DNA of 49,354 bases, filler included, from Catajapyx aquilonaris (Eukaryota), in assembly GCA_000934665.2 (NCBI GenBank). It is 2 parts of 2 records of this genome, joined end to end, with 100 filler letters (N's around TTAATTAATTAA, not from the genome) between each part and the next. Parts side by side here need not be neighbours in the genome. Positions count along the whole stretch, not along the records: positions 1 to 24,579 come from JYFJ02005485.1; positions 24,680 to 49,354 come from JYFJ02005486.1. The stretch is one strand, 5' to 3'. A model generated the notes under the pieces. It made no database searches. It was not told the DNA's origin and was given only the letters and a program-made list of their open reading frames with translations. This document shows positions 23,722 to 35,036 of the stretch, piece after piece. Position numbers and translations under genes: made by a program. Each line of letters begins with the position of its first letter. Positions within the stretch are counted from its first letter, which is position 1.

Positions 23722-24579
23722 TTATTGGACCATTTGGCCGATTATTAATTTTAAATCCAGATTCTTCAACTCAGCCGATGAATCACAAGCTAGAATTTTG
23801 AGTGAAATGCCAACTTGGGCACCACCCGTCATTTTGGCAAACTGTTAAATGATCCTGATTTGGCTTACCTGCAAAATTCTAAAAATTAAATCAGTGATAG
23901 GTCTAGTCAAATGTCTTCGCTCCAATAATCTATAATATTAAAATCCTTGCGGACGGGGGCCGAGCCCTCTGATTGGTCCGCCCCCGTAGTGTTGCCGCCA
24001 CCTCTTCCCATTGGCCCCCGTCCATTGTTGCTGCATCGTATCCATGGCGCATTGTTACCACGATGCCTCCGATTGGCCCCCGTTCCGAGCATGCGCAATG
24101 GGTGGGAGAACGCCACAGTCGCTTGCTGGACGTCAACGAGGACGCATATCATTCTCCTCTCCCGTGAAGACCCCTCTCACTGCCCCTTCCACCTACCCTT
24201 CTACCCACGTCTTATTCACGGCGACCTCACAACAGAGGAGGGGGAAAATAATGGAAGCCGTAAACAAGCCGAACACTGGACTACGGTCGATCGTTGTTTT
24301 AATGTCAGTGCAGTGGTGCCAAACTGCCAACTCCGTGGACGTTTACAAAGCAAAAGAATTTCAGTTTTTTAACCTTTTGACGGCGGAGTTTCTGAGCCAT
24401 TGCCTTATTACCCCAGGGCCTGAGTTCTTTTTCCCCTTTTCCGGAAATTTGATGAAGAGTGATATTAATGAATAATAATCCGCGGACTGCCCGGATTACC
24501 TATCGTTACCTGATCAAAATGACCCTGTGACCCATTTTTTAGGGGGGCAGAGGTCAAGTCATAAAATTCCGACCTCACC

Positions 24580-24679
24580 NNNNNNNNNNNNNNNNNNNNN
24601 NNNNNNNNNNNNNNNNNNNNNNNTTAATTAATTAANNNNNNNNNNNNNNNNNNNNNNNNNNNNNNNNNNNNNNNNNNNN
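24580..24679. other. artificial contig linker / assembly gap
   Basis: 44 N + TTAATTAATTAA (stop codons in all six frames) + 44 N = 100 bp. Confidence 0.93.
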
Positions 24680-25197
24680 AACAGCGACGATCGGGTGCTG
24701 TTGTGTGAGAGGCATGCCTTCGATGGCTCGGTGGAAATATATGATGTTGAGCTCCGCATGATCGTTCGGGCTTTGGCGATTGTGGGCGAGCGTGCCTCTG
24801 AAGGCGAGGTCACGTGGGTCGTATCCGATTCGTTGTCCCTATGGTCAGCACGGACAGACACGATCATGGGCACATGGCGCGATTTGTTTCTGGCCACGGC
24901 CCATTTAATGAGTATTTTGCGAGGTTCCGGTTGTTGGGGCGGAGACGGTCGCGGGACCTTTCTGGGGAATGTGAATGTGGAGGCGGTCAACAGACTCCGG
25001 CCCACTTGTTGTGGGACTGCGATTTGGGTGAGATCGTTGAGGCCTGCGACCGTCTTCTGGTGCAGGTTATGGTGAAGGGGGGGCTGGATTGGCCGTGTGC
25101 ACTGGCAGACCTGGTTCAGTTTCACTGGGCGTCACTTAGTCGTTTCTGTTTAGTCGATTCTGACACGATGGCGATCGTACAGCTCCAAAGCCTGTGA
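24680..25197 (+). mobile_element. 3' end of an R1-clade-like non-LTR retrotransposon ORF2
   Basis: FVSGHGPFNEYFARF...CECGGGQQTPAHLLWDC, a C-terminal CCHC motif. Confidence 0.75.
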
Positions 25198-25558
25198 CTA
25201 GACTAGGGCTACGCAAAACATAAAGCAATCATTTGGTTAACCAAGAATGACAACCATATTCATCCCAAATTGGGGAGATTATGCGATATTGGAAACGGGA
25301 TAAATGTGATATTTTATTTAAAAACACTGCCAAAACAGTCATGTGTTTATAATAGTTATTGATAGTTACAGACTACCGGGAGGTAGTACACCATGACAAT
25401 TATGGACGGCGAGGAGGACGGGAGCGAAGTGACTAAGACAGTTACATGGTGCAGGGAAACCCAATTCCACCTCTTCCCACCCTCCCACCCTCTCGGTGTG
25501 CCCTGCTATACCCATCAAGTCAGTGCAAATGGCCCATGTCTTTCCAGGGCACAGTCGT

Positions 25559-26450
25559 TTAGTCCTTGAATGGCTTACGGATAAGCCAATCTAAACCAAG
25601 GCCCTGAAGGCGACCATCAACAGGGAATTTGTAACATCCCATATTCTGACCCCCATGAAAAACAGACAACGAATACAGGAAGGAAAATTGAGGCATGTTT
25701 TGGTCCACAACCGAAAACATGCCAGAAAACAAGATAAACCGTCTGGCAGACTGCATAAAAGAGAACCTGGGGTTAAATCAGGAGGGAGAAACAGGACCAT
25801 CGACGACAGCCCGCGCCACATCCGGACCACAAGACATCGACTCGCCTTGGTTTAGACTGCCTCAACCCCTCCACACCTGGAGCATCCGGTGGGCATCCGA
25901 ATCTAATCTTGGTCCCAAGTCCTCAATCCTAATTAATAATTAATCCTCTAAACCGTTTCAATATCAGACAACTCACATGCGGCACCAGCAATGAACAGTG
26001 CCTGCGGTGTCAGCGTCCTTGAAACCCCTACTGCTGCCACCGCCAATGCACGACAGCGACAGTATGCCGAGGCTGAACAAGACAACGAGCCGAAGCTCTT
26101 TCCAATACGACAGTCTACCAACTGACTGGCCTATTCGACCAGGATGGACGTCAGCTACAATTAACAGAAGACATTGGAATAAACCGATGGACCTCGCACC
26201 TTGCTTCGAATGAGGCCGACTTGGTCATATGCAGAACCAATATCACAGAAAAAGGATGGCTCACAATCCAGCGACATCCATAAGGAAGAAACAGGCACAG
26301 TCGTCCACGCTATAGAAAATTTAAGCAATCCATCGCCCTACGGGACACGACCAATGGTTATCCAACTGAGGTACCTACACTTGGATGAGCATACACAAGG
26401 ATTGGAGGGGGGAATCAAAGCCGTCATAAAGTAAGCAGTATTTCGGAATT
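25559..26450 (-). pseudogene. decayed CR1/L2-like LINE 3' region
   Basis: Minus-strand FFMGVRIWD... terminal motif, plus degenerate GVPQG-like and YADD-like remnants near 26300-26360. Confidence 0.35.
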
Positions 26451-28808
26451 ACTCCAACATTTTGGAGTAGCTCTAACACGCCTCTGATAGTCAAAGTCCA
26501 CATGGCTACGAAATGTATTGTAGGCCTGACATACCGCTTGGAATTTCCCTCCTTTTGTGAGGTGAATACGCAAACAAGCTAGCTGGCTGATCGTCCTTTA
26601 TTTACGTTACACTGAAGCGTTAGACGTAACGAGTCTAACGACCTGAATTAATGATATAGATCAGGTTGCACAGAACGGAGGCTAGTGGCATGTCAAAGAA
26701 CGACGAAATGTTCCTGAACTATAGCGTCGAATTCGTAATTCTGAACGATAAAATATCATATTTACAGTCTATTTTTAACCGGCCAAATAGTGTGAGTTGC
26801 TGGCAGGTACGATATTGCTATTTATTCTATCCACGTGGTGAGATTGTTATGCATCACACCCATTGACTCTTTCATCATTACGAAATTAACAAATTGGAAC
26901 ATGGACTGAAGTACCAGTTGTTTCTATACGCTACACATGTATAGACTACGTATATGACACCACTGTTATCTATCTCTTGCTACAATACACTTCCCTTTAA
27001 CCTGAAGCGTACAGAAAAAAAAATATTCTCTGAGTCTCGACAGAGCAGAGTTTCCGGTCAAACCAAAAATATATTAGAAATCTCGATGTGACATACTAAA
27101 AACAGGGCAGAATATATTGGACAGACGGAAAGCACCCAACATAGCGATAACACTATACGCCCACAAGTTGAAAAGTGATTGCGAGAAGCGTATGATCTCG
27201 GTATTTGTGTACATTATTTGTAACAAGGTCAGACCCATTCCAGTGGCACGTGGAAACATGCGTATATGCCCATTGCAATGTATATTCTATGGCTTTAGGG
27301 ATGTCATATTCTGCACTTCTCCTCTTAATGGGTGCTATGGTACCGATAAGGCCTACCAACAAATTGGAAGAACAGTATCAAAAGAAAGATGATGAAAGCA
27401 TGTCAGTTGGTGTGTAAATTACTGGGATGAGACCTTGAAGGAATCGGCCGTATCACACTCCCCAGTGATGATGAGATTTGCTTGTGATCATGCTACCCTT
27501 TTGCCACGCAGGAAGACGATCCGCAGCTTCTATGGGCAAACTCCATCGTGTGCTCTCGTCGCTCTCCATCGTGTGCAACGCACTTCCCGACCAATCCATT
27601 CATTACAGTCCAGAGTGGTGGTCGTAGACGATCTTCTTTCTATCTTCCTCTCCTTCCATGTCGCCGGTGGAGGCTTCGTCCTGGGGGACCAAATTTCTTC
27701 GCCTTCTTGGTTGGTGTGTTGAGAGCGTGGTTGGATGTATTCATCATTCAATTCAGGGGTCAAATGAGAACAAAGATATCAAACTGAGCTCACATAGCAC
27801 ATGATCACAGCGTCTGGTATAGCACTAGCAAGTCACTGACCTTCTAACCTGAACTTATTATTTAACTAACATATCGATCATGACTAGCGTAAAGAGGGCC
27901 GGAAGAGCCAATTCATCTCTTTCTGTGACCCCACCAGGGTCAGGGTCATGATGCAACACCCAAGGTTACCTCAGTTATATCACAGAGCTACTCACTGAAA
28001 AGCACAATTTACTGAATGGTTTTTACCGGTCGAATCTCACTCAACTCGCCTATTTCTCGCATTCGAAGATTCGCAAAATTCCTTACTTATGACGATCTGG
28101 ATCACAACGTGCCGCTTGTGGCACGACGAAGCCTTCTGCACTTGAAAGATCAACTGACGGTCTTTCCTGACAGTTTTCAATGAACCAAGTAGGAATCCTA
28201 TTAATAATTCCTAAAAGTAATTCCCTTCACACTACAAAACCATGATACGAAACTGGGGACACTGCTGATTTCAATTCTCTTCTAAACCACAGTGCAGTTG
28301 ATCTACTGTTGCAGTATTGTCCTAATACCACACATATACAGACATGAAGTTACAGTGGACAAATATCTGTGTATGAAGTATCCGTGCATATAAAAAGGAC
28401 ACCATACGTATTTATACCAAATAGGAGACATTTGAGTACCTTAAAGGAACAGGTCTATGTTACAATTAAATTTACATTATTTAGCATTGCGCCCAACGCC
28501 GAGAAGGACATGCAAACTTTTACTTGCTGTAGAAGTGGGATATGTGTATGACTATTTGTGTAGGTACGTAGGAGGCCCTGAAATCATTATTACAAATGAA
28601 AGTTCCAGATGAAGGTGAGGAATAGTAGGGAATAGTGGGCACATAAGGGCACTTTTCCCATCCTCTTGCCTTAATAAATGTGGCACTTACGCGATGCGAA
28701 ACGTTGGTCCGATGGCTGATAGTATCGCCACAGAAATATTGTCATGATATTGCATCCCAAGCTGTGTACAGGAAGATTTTACACAATCACTAATGTAGGT
28801 TACTAGTT

Positions 28809-29250
28809 GTGATTATAGACAAGCACAAGAGATATTACAAGCAAGTTAATACCCCAGAAGAATGGTTTACCCTTGTTGAAGGGACTCGAAGGAAAAATCC
28901 TTTTCAGGGCCTACGAATGGATTTGCATAATTTCCAGACTGTTGAGAGTTCCCCAAGACAAACGGAAAACGTACCACCGACGATCAGACCGTGAATTGGA
29001 TTACAATCAGGTGCATGAAGTTTCGCAAGGAGAGTTCAACTTTTATGTTCTTCAAGATTACAACTTCATCTGAGGTCAATTTTCATGAGGTTTCCACCCG
29101 AAAGAAATGGAAGCAGGGAAGTCATGCGCAGTGACCTCATCACCCTGACACAAACTATTCCTAAACCATTGTCAGCGGAAAAGATAGTATCTGCAGAATT
29201 TACTCAGGTGGACTTACATGTCAGTTTATCAATCTATAGTGCAACAATCA
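28809..29250 (+). pseudogene. decayed Sola1-like transposase C-terminal fragment
   Basis: IDKHKRYYKQVNTPEEWFTLVEGTRRKNPF..M...NF and WITIRCMKFRK across frameshifts. Confidence 0.5.
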
Positions 29251-29734
29251 CAATCTTTTGTTCTTCAGGTATGTACCTCCCATTCACCATGGATTCTACA
29301 GGAAGTTAACAGCACCGCCTGAGATGGGGACCGCAGCAACGACATTGAGGTGGAGAACGAGGAACATCTTGAAGAAGTATTGCAGGAGGATCTAGCAGAC
29401 TCTTAACCTCCTGAGACCTGAAGAATAAATGCATATAGAATATACTTACCGTAGTAATTATTTTACCAAAATTATGACCATTTTCAAAATAGACAATATT
29501 CATGTTTACAGGAGAGCCGAGACCCACGTGGACACTTCTTCCCGTCCGCCATATTTTTTTATTACCTCACTTCAAGCGGCATGCCGGTATAAAACGAGGT
29601 ATAGACCGGCATGGCGGTATAACCCGGGGGTGTTATGGTGAAAAATGTGTTAGTACAGCCCTACATGGCTGTGTATCATGTGTTCATCTGTTGCACATGT
29701 TGTGGAGTGTGACAAATCCCATATTCAGCCTGCT

Positions 29735-30130
29735 CTTTTATTTATGGGTTGGTTTTATTGGAATAAGCCAAAACAACGACGGCTATAGGAACGTATATAA
29801 AGATGGATGGATGCATAATCCAATGATTGATTGGCAAGCAATTAAGGCTATCCGCCTACATATAATCTAAAACGTTAGTGACGTCCTACTGCACAGACGC
29901 AGCATATTGAAATCTTACTGTACAAATCCTGGTAAATATGTGTTAGAGCATTTACACATACCATTTTACGACTTTTACCATTCTGAGATGTTGTATATGA
30001 GAATTGTTGTACAGTAGTAGTGTATTGCACTGTACGAAATTTTTGAAAATAGAAACACAACGGTTTGTTTAGACTGCTGTTACCCTCCAATCCACTACTT
30101 ACGGTAAGGACATCATAGGATGTCGCTTGT
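29735..30130. repeat. dispersed repeat, second copy at about 41630-41873
   Basis: Shared blocks tttatgggttggtttt..ggaata.gccaaaac and gtttgtttagactgctgtta...ggacatcatag.atgtcgcttgt. Confidence 0.8.
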
Positions 30131-30922
30131 CAGGCAAAAAAATCTGCAATGCAATAATACGAGTTTATACACTGAAAATGCGGGTATCAACTACAGTTAT
30201 TGTTGTCTCGTTGCTATGAATATGAGCAGGCCAAATTAAGAAGTATCAGAAAGGGAAGCATAAATTATTTCAGTGTGAGGAGTAGAAAACCATAAAACTG
30301 CTGCAACTTCGCCTCAAAATAAAAAGGACACAAAATTTTGAAGGTAAGAATAGTTACACAATGAAACTGAATGTACGAAAACCATTGGTAGTTTTGGCAT
30401 GTGAAAATTGATTGATCGATTGAGTGGGGGCCTTTTTTTTTGGCACAACAGCGGCAGTGGCTATACTGCGCCGGGCACCTGTGACGTTGTAGGGCAGGGC
30501 AGGCGATGCCACCACCCCAACCTTAAACGTTAAATGAACAAAAGGTAAAATAAAAAATAAAATAAAAAAATCGAGACGAACATAGTCTCTAATAAGTCAC
30601 AATGAATTGGGTTGGCTGAGTCATTACAGAATTTTCGAAATTAAAAAAAAAAAAATGAATGGACTTATTCACTGTCAGTGTACACTTTGAAAACGTCTTC
30701 ATGGAATGACAATGTTGGGAAGAGTCCAGCTTTATTGTTAAGTCTCCAGTGTACTACCGAGATCTCAGTGAATATTTATGAAGTATGGAAAATTATTGAC
30801 CTATTTTGTCCTGCAGCTTAATGTTTCTGAATTTCTGTGCATGAATGTGATTCATGTGTGTTACGAATATGGATTACATTGCAATATTACTAATGCACAT
30901 CACAAAACACAATCAAATGACT

Positions 30923-31254
30923 TTTTACGTTACCCAGTGCTAAGGCTTAGCCTTTTTAGGGGGGTGGGATACCACCATTTTCACTCCTTAACTTCATTCA
31001 CCGGTGCAAGGAGTCAAAGATGTAGGGTAGGGATAGGGATTTTTGGGGAGGGAACATGGGTGCAAGGTGCAATGTCGTAGCTATGGGTCATGTGCTGTTC
31101 CCCAGGATATTAGGTTGCCAGACACCTCCAAAAAGGTGCAGGTCAGAGACCCTCCTGACGCAGGTTAAAGGAAAGTTCCCCAGGCGGGGATCGAACCTGG
31201 GGCCTTTCACTCAGCAAGCCGAGACGTTACCATCTCGGCCATCAACACCTCCCC
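30923..31254 (-). mobile_element. tRNA-derived SINE, family 1
   Basis: Minus-strand head gatggccgagatggtaacgtctcggcttgctg...ggttcgatcccc; TSD TCAAATGACT at 30913-30922 and 31255-31264. Confidence 0.88.
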
Positions 31255-31289
31255 TCAAATGACTATTTCATATTGTTGACTTCAGAAAC

Positions 31290-32858
31290 ATGCCATCTGT
31301 TAAAAAACCGCCTTCGCTTGAATCCATGAGTCTCCAGTGCATCGTCAACTGCATAGCCGACCTCTGCATGGACATTCCTCCAGAACGCTACTTAGACATC
31401 AGACATGTGGTCCACATGATCCCATCGCTTGGTTCCAATGCATACATCCAAGTGTTGCTAGAAACAGTCTCGAAAAGGCCCGGCTACCCCTGCATACGTG
31501 GTTCCTTGCACCACTGCACCACTCGGATTGTACTCACCCAAGGTAAAGTCAGCAGGTACGTCCTTTACGAAGTTCTAAAGCACTTAGGATCGATGCCTGG
31601 ATTGACCGAAGTGGAGGTCACGATGGACGAGAGTGAAGATGAAGCACGAGCTGCATCCCTAGTCGCCGAACATCTGCCAGTTCTCAGGAGGCTGCGAAAG
31701 CTGACACTCCACTGCATTGTCAGGGACGAGGATGAGGTGATTCAGAAGCTGATCAGATACTGTCGCAAGCTTCAAGAGCTGACAATGCTGTGGGGTCTGT
31801 CCAGGCCTCAGCCGATGTCGTTGGCTGACTGCCCTTCACTTCGACGTGTCCACATCATCTACCACGGAAACTCAGCCTACGATGTCATCTACATCCTTAG
31901 CACTGTTCCTCACTTGCAGCGATTGTCGTTTCCATCATACCTCACATACCAGGTGTTGCAAAACTGTGGCTCCTCCGAGGTCAGGAGTCTGGACGCTTCC
32001 GTGGAAGGGACCGAACTTCTGAACATCGTCGCGGCAAGGTTTAAGGAACTGGAGGAAGTGTTCCTGGTACGGTGTGATGACCTGTCCGCACTCAACGACA
32101 TGGAGTGCCTGGATGTCCTGACAATCGCAAAGTCTGAGCCGAAACCCATCAGTGAGGTGGCCAACAAGTGCTTTCCACGTCTGAGAAGCCTCACGTTAAT
32201 GTCGGTGTCCAGCATCTCCTCGGTGTTCAAAAAGGTCAAGCACGACACACTTCCAAGCGTGTCCCAGCTGTTTCTCCAGCAATGCACGGATGTGGACATG
32301 CCTCAAGTTGGCGCATTATTTCCGCACCTTAAACACCTCAGCATGACTGACTGCCATGTGACCAAGCGCACCAAGCGATTAAAACGCAGGCACATCTCAT
32401 TTCGCCACCTCCTGACCCTTAACATATATGACGGAGGTGACTTCATGCAATGGGACCATTTGGCATACGTGTTGGAACACTGCAGAGATCTGGAATTTCT
32501 GAAAATTGTTCAGAAACGCGCGATGGATGATGCCACTGTGAAGAGACTCCTCAGTGCCAACCCGATGACCGAGATGCGTCGTTTCTGCATAGAAAGCTTC
32601 GGATTGACATTTGGCGTCACGTCGGTCATATTCGATTTCTTCGGGCCCAAGCTGCGGGAAGTGCGGATTTACAACCGTCTGTTGCGGATACTTGAAGACG
32701 ATGCAGACCAATTGCGCCGAAGACTGATGCCTTTCGACGTCTACGTGGCTGTGGGCTATGAGGAATTTGGAAGCATGATTGATCGAGATGATGAGTCTAT
32801 GGCCACCTTTTCATGTGGTGAAGTCTTACGGTATGTTTACACCCAACACAAATTGTGA
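31290..32858 (+). CDS. intronless 522-aa protein: N-terminal BC-box-like motif plus RNI-like leucine-rich repeats (putative cullin-RING ligase substrate receptor)
   Basis: Acceptor ttcag| at 31285 then aaacATG. N-terminal PPSLESMSLQCIV and repeated xPxLxxLxL units (CPSLRRVHI, VPHLQRLSF, FPRLRSLTL, FPHLKHLSM). AATAAA at 32997. Confidence 0.8.
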   Translation: MPSVKKPPSLESMSLQCIVNCIADLCMDIPPERYLDIRHVVHMIPSLGSNAYIQVLLETVSKRPGYPCIRGSLHHCTTRIVLTQGKVSRYVLYEVLKHLGSMPGLTEVEVTMDESEDEARAASLVAEHLPVLRRLRKLTLHCIVRDEDEVIQKLIRYCRKLQELTMLWGLSRPQPMSLADCPSLRRVHIIYHGNSAYDVIYILSTVPHLQRLSFPSYLTYQVLQNCGSSEVRSLDASVEGTELLNIVAARFKELEEVFLVRCDDLSALNDMECLDVLTIAKSEPKPISEVANKCFPRLRSLTLMSVSSISSVFKKVKHDTLPSVSQLFLQQCTDVDMPQVGALFPHLKHLSMTDCHVTKRTKRLKRRHISFRHLLTLNIYDGGDFMQWDHLAYVLEHCRDLEFLKIVQKRAMDDATVKRLLSANPMTEMRRFCIESFGLTFGVTSVIFDFFGPKLREVRIYNRLLRILEDDADQLRRRLMPFDVYVAVGYEEFGSMIDRDDESMATFSCGEVLRYVYTQHKL

Positions 32859-34693
32859 AGTGTCATGTCACATGATGACTTTGTTGTCATTTACTCACTA
32901 ATGTAGTATAGGGGCACGCTCAGAATGTTGCACGCTTTCACCAATTTGCAATTTGGAAGCATCAAGGCATGCATCAAGTGTATTCGGGCCAATAGTAATA
33001 AAATTTTTTAGAGACACTCAAAAATTGAAGTTATTATATGAACAATTTCGCACCATTATTCTTAGCCTTTCGATTTGTTACACCATCAGGAGTGGAGAAC
33101 ACAGTTGAGATTAAAAGCTACGAATGTTGTGATCAACTCTACCTTTCCAAGGTGGATGGGCTTGTGTTTCTCCAGTTATCCCGAGAGATACATCGGCTGC
33201 GTCTACTGGCAGGGTCACCCAATGTCTCTTTGAGAGACGGATTTAGATTTTTTACTCTCTTCGTTTCTATCTCCATCTGTCGGATCTGTGTATCTTCTAA
33301 TAGCCAGATGGCTGCAGTTGCTTTGGCTCTTTCCCAATCAAACAATCAATCAAACTTGTGTTTCTCCCGTAAACCCAATAGCTACATTGGTGGTAGCTAT
33401 ATCTACTGGAAGGATCACCCAAACATAATAATAAAAGGATTTCTAAAACTTCTGGGGGCTGCTGTGGTTGGGGCCATTAGAAAGGAGGGAGAAATCCAAA
33501 GCTCTGCGAACTCTGGAAATAAAAAAGGGCCTTATTTTCAAAATAATGCAGTGTCACTTGTGCACTTCTTTCACTGAGCCTCCGCCACAGCCTCAACCGA
33601 TGTGTACAAGTGAACCAAACGTGCAGGGTTGGTGCGTGTGGAGATTGGAAGACGATTCTAGTTGTTTGGTTTGGTTTATTAGGAAGAAGCCAAAGCAACT
33701 ATGGCTATCTGGCTGTAAGAAGAAGCAAAGGTGGGACAGATGGAGAGAGAAACGAAGAGGAAAAAGAAGAGAGGAAAGACTGGCATCTCTCTTAGTCTGC
33801 CTCCTATCCCAAAGACCTGTCCGGCTTGGGTGGCCCTACCAGTAGACGAAGCTACCGCCGGCATAGCTCTTGGGGTCACGGGAGAAACGCAAACCCCACC
33901 ACCACGATAAGGTGGAGATACCAACGGGGGGATTCTAGTTGTCGCCATGTGTATCGGACCAACAGGGACTGAACTGCAAGCGGATGTTGACACCACCTCC
34001 TGCAAGTTGGTCATGGAAAAATGGCCTCTGTTTGCAGTGGAAATAAGGCCCTTTTTCATTTCCAAAGCGGAAGAGTTAGATTAGCTTAGGAAATGTATCA
34101 CTTTAGTAAGAAAAGCTATAATAACTAATGGGAGATGTTATCAGTTTAGTAGGAAAAGCTATCATTATTAGCTAATAGGAAATATCTTGGAAATATATTA
34201 TACTTCAGGAAGAGAGCTTGGGTTAGGAAAGGGTGTATTAGTTTAGCAGATGTTACACCAGCTTAGTATTGGAAAGAACAGTTATATTAGCTAAGTAGGG
34301 TAGATTATATTGTAACATTTCATACTAAACTAATATATAACAACCTAATGTAGCCTTTCCTCTTGAACTAATATAACTTTCTAGTCTAACACATTATTTT
34401 CTTAACCTAAGCTAATGTAACATTTCCTACCTAAGTAAACTAATACATTCGCCCAGCAGACCTAGAGCGGGATAGTCATTACTGCTCGAGCTCCGATCGT
34501 TATCAGTTTACCCGGACCCCTGCGAGCTCAACTTGGATAGGTGCCCTATTGATCCACTATTGATCAGACATCTTTGGAACAACTGACAAGTTTACTAGAT
34601 GACCGATTGGGAAGGCTCCAGATGGATTTCCAGGACTCGCTTACCAGATCATTAGGAACCATTTAAGTAAGTTAGGCAGCCAAGTTCTCTACA

Positions 34694-35028
34694 TTGTCAA
34701 CGGCAGTTGAAGAATCAAATAGGGCGAACGTGATACTGTTGAACCGTCTATATGCGCTAGAGGCACACGTAGATGGAATGGAAAACCAGTCAAGGAGGAA
34801 CAATCTGGTGGTGTATGGTCTGACAAAAGAAGGGGAGGAGACATGCGACCATTCCAATAGGATTTGTCGCTCCTTTATGGCAAAGTACAAGTTACATCCT
34901 AGACCAGAGGAAGTACAGTTGGAGAGGACACATCGCTTGGGAAGGGTAGCAGGAGTAAGACCGCTGGTCGTCAAATTCGCTTTCTACATGGACAGAGAAC
35001 AGGTGAAGAAGTACGCACCCATACTTAA
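34694..35028 (+). mobile_element. LINE ORF1 fragment (L1-type RRM-like), truncated by an insertion
   Basis: ENQSRRNNLVVYGL...ERTHRLGR...RPLVVKF motif. Confidence 0.8.
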
Positions 35029-35036
35029 GGCGTGAC

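Noticed and set aside
24628..25125. 165-aa minus-strand ORF
   Set aside because: Runs into the N gap and is antisense to the R1-like fragment.
27500..27760. Possible RTE-like LINE 3' end on the minus strand
   Set aside because: Resemblance (PPATW...IE...W...RWR) is too weak to support without a search.
33038..33577. 179-aa ORF downstream of the LRR gene
   Set aside because: Crosses the junction of inverted repeat-derived segments and shows no protein motif.
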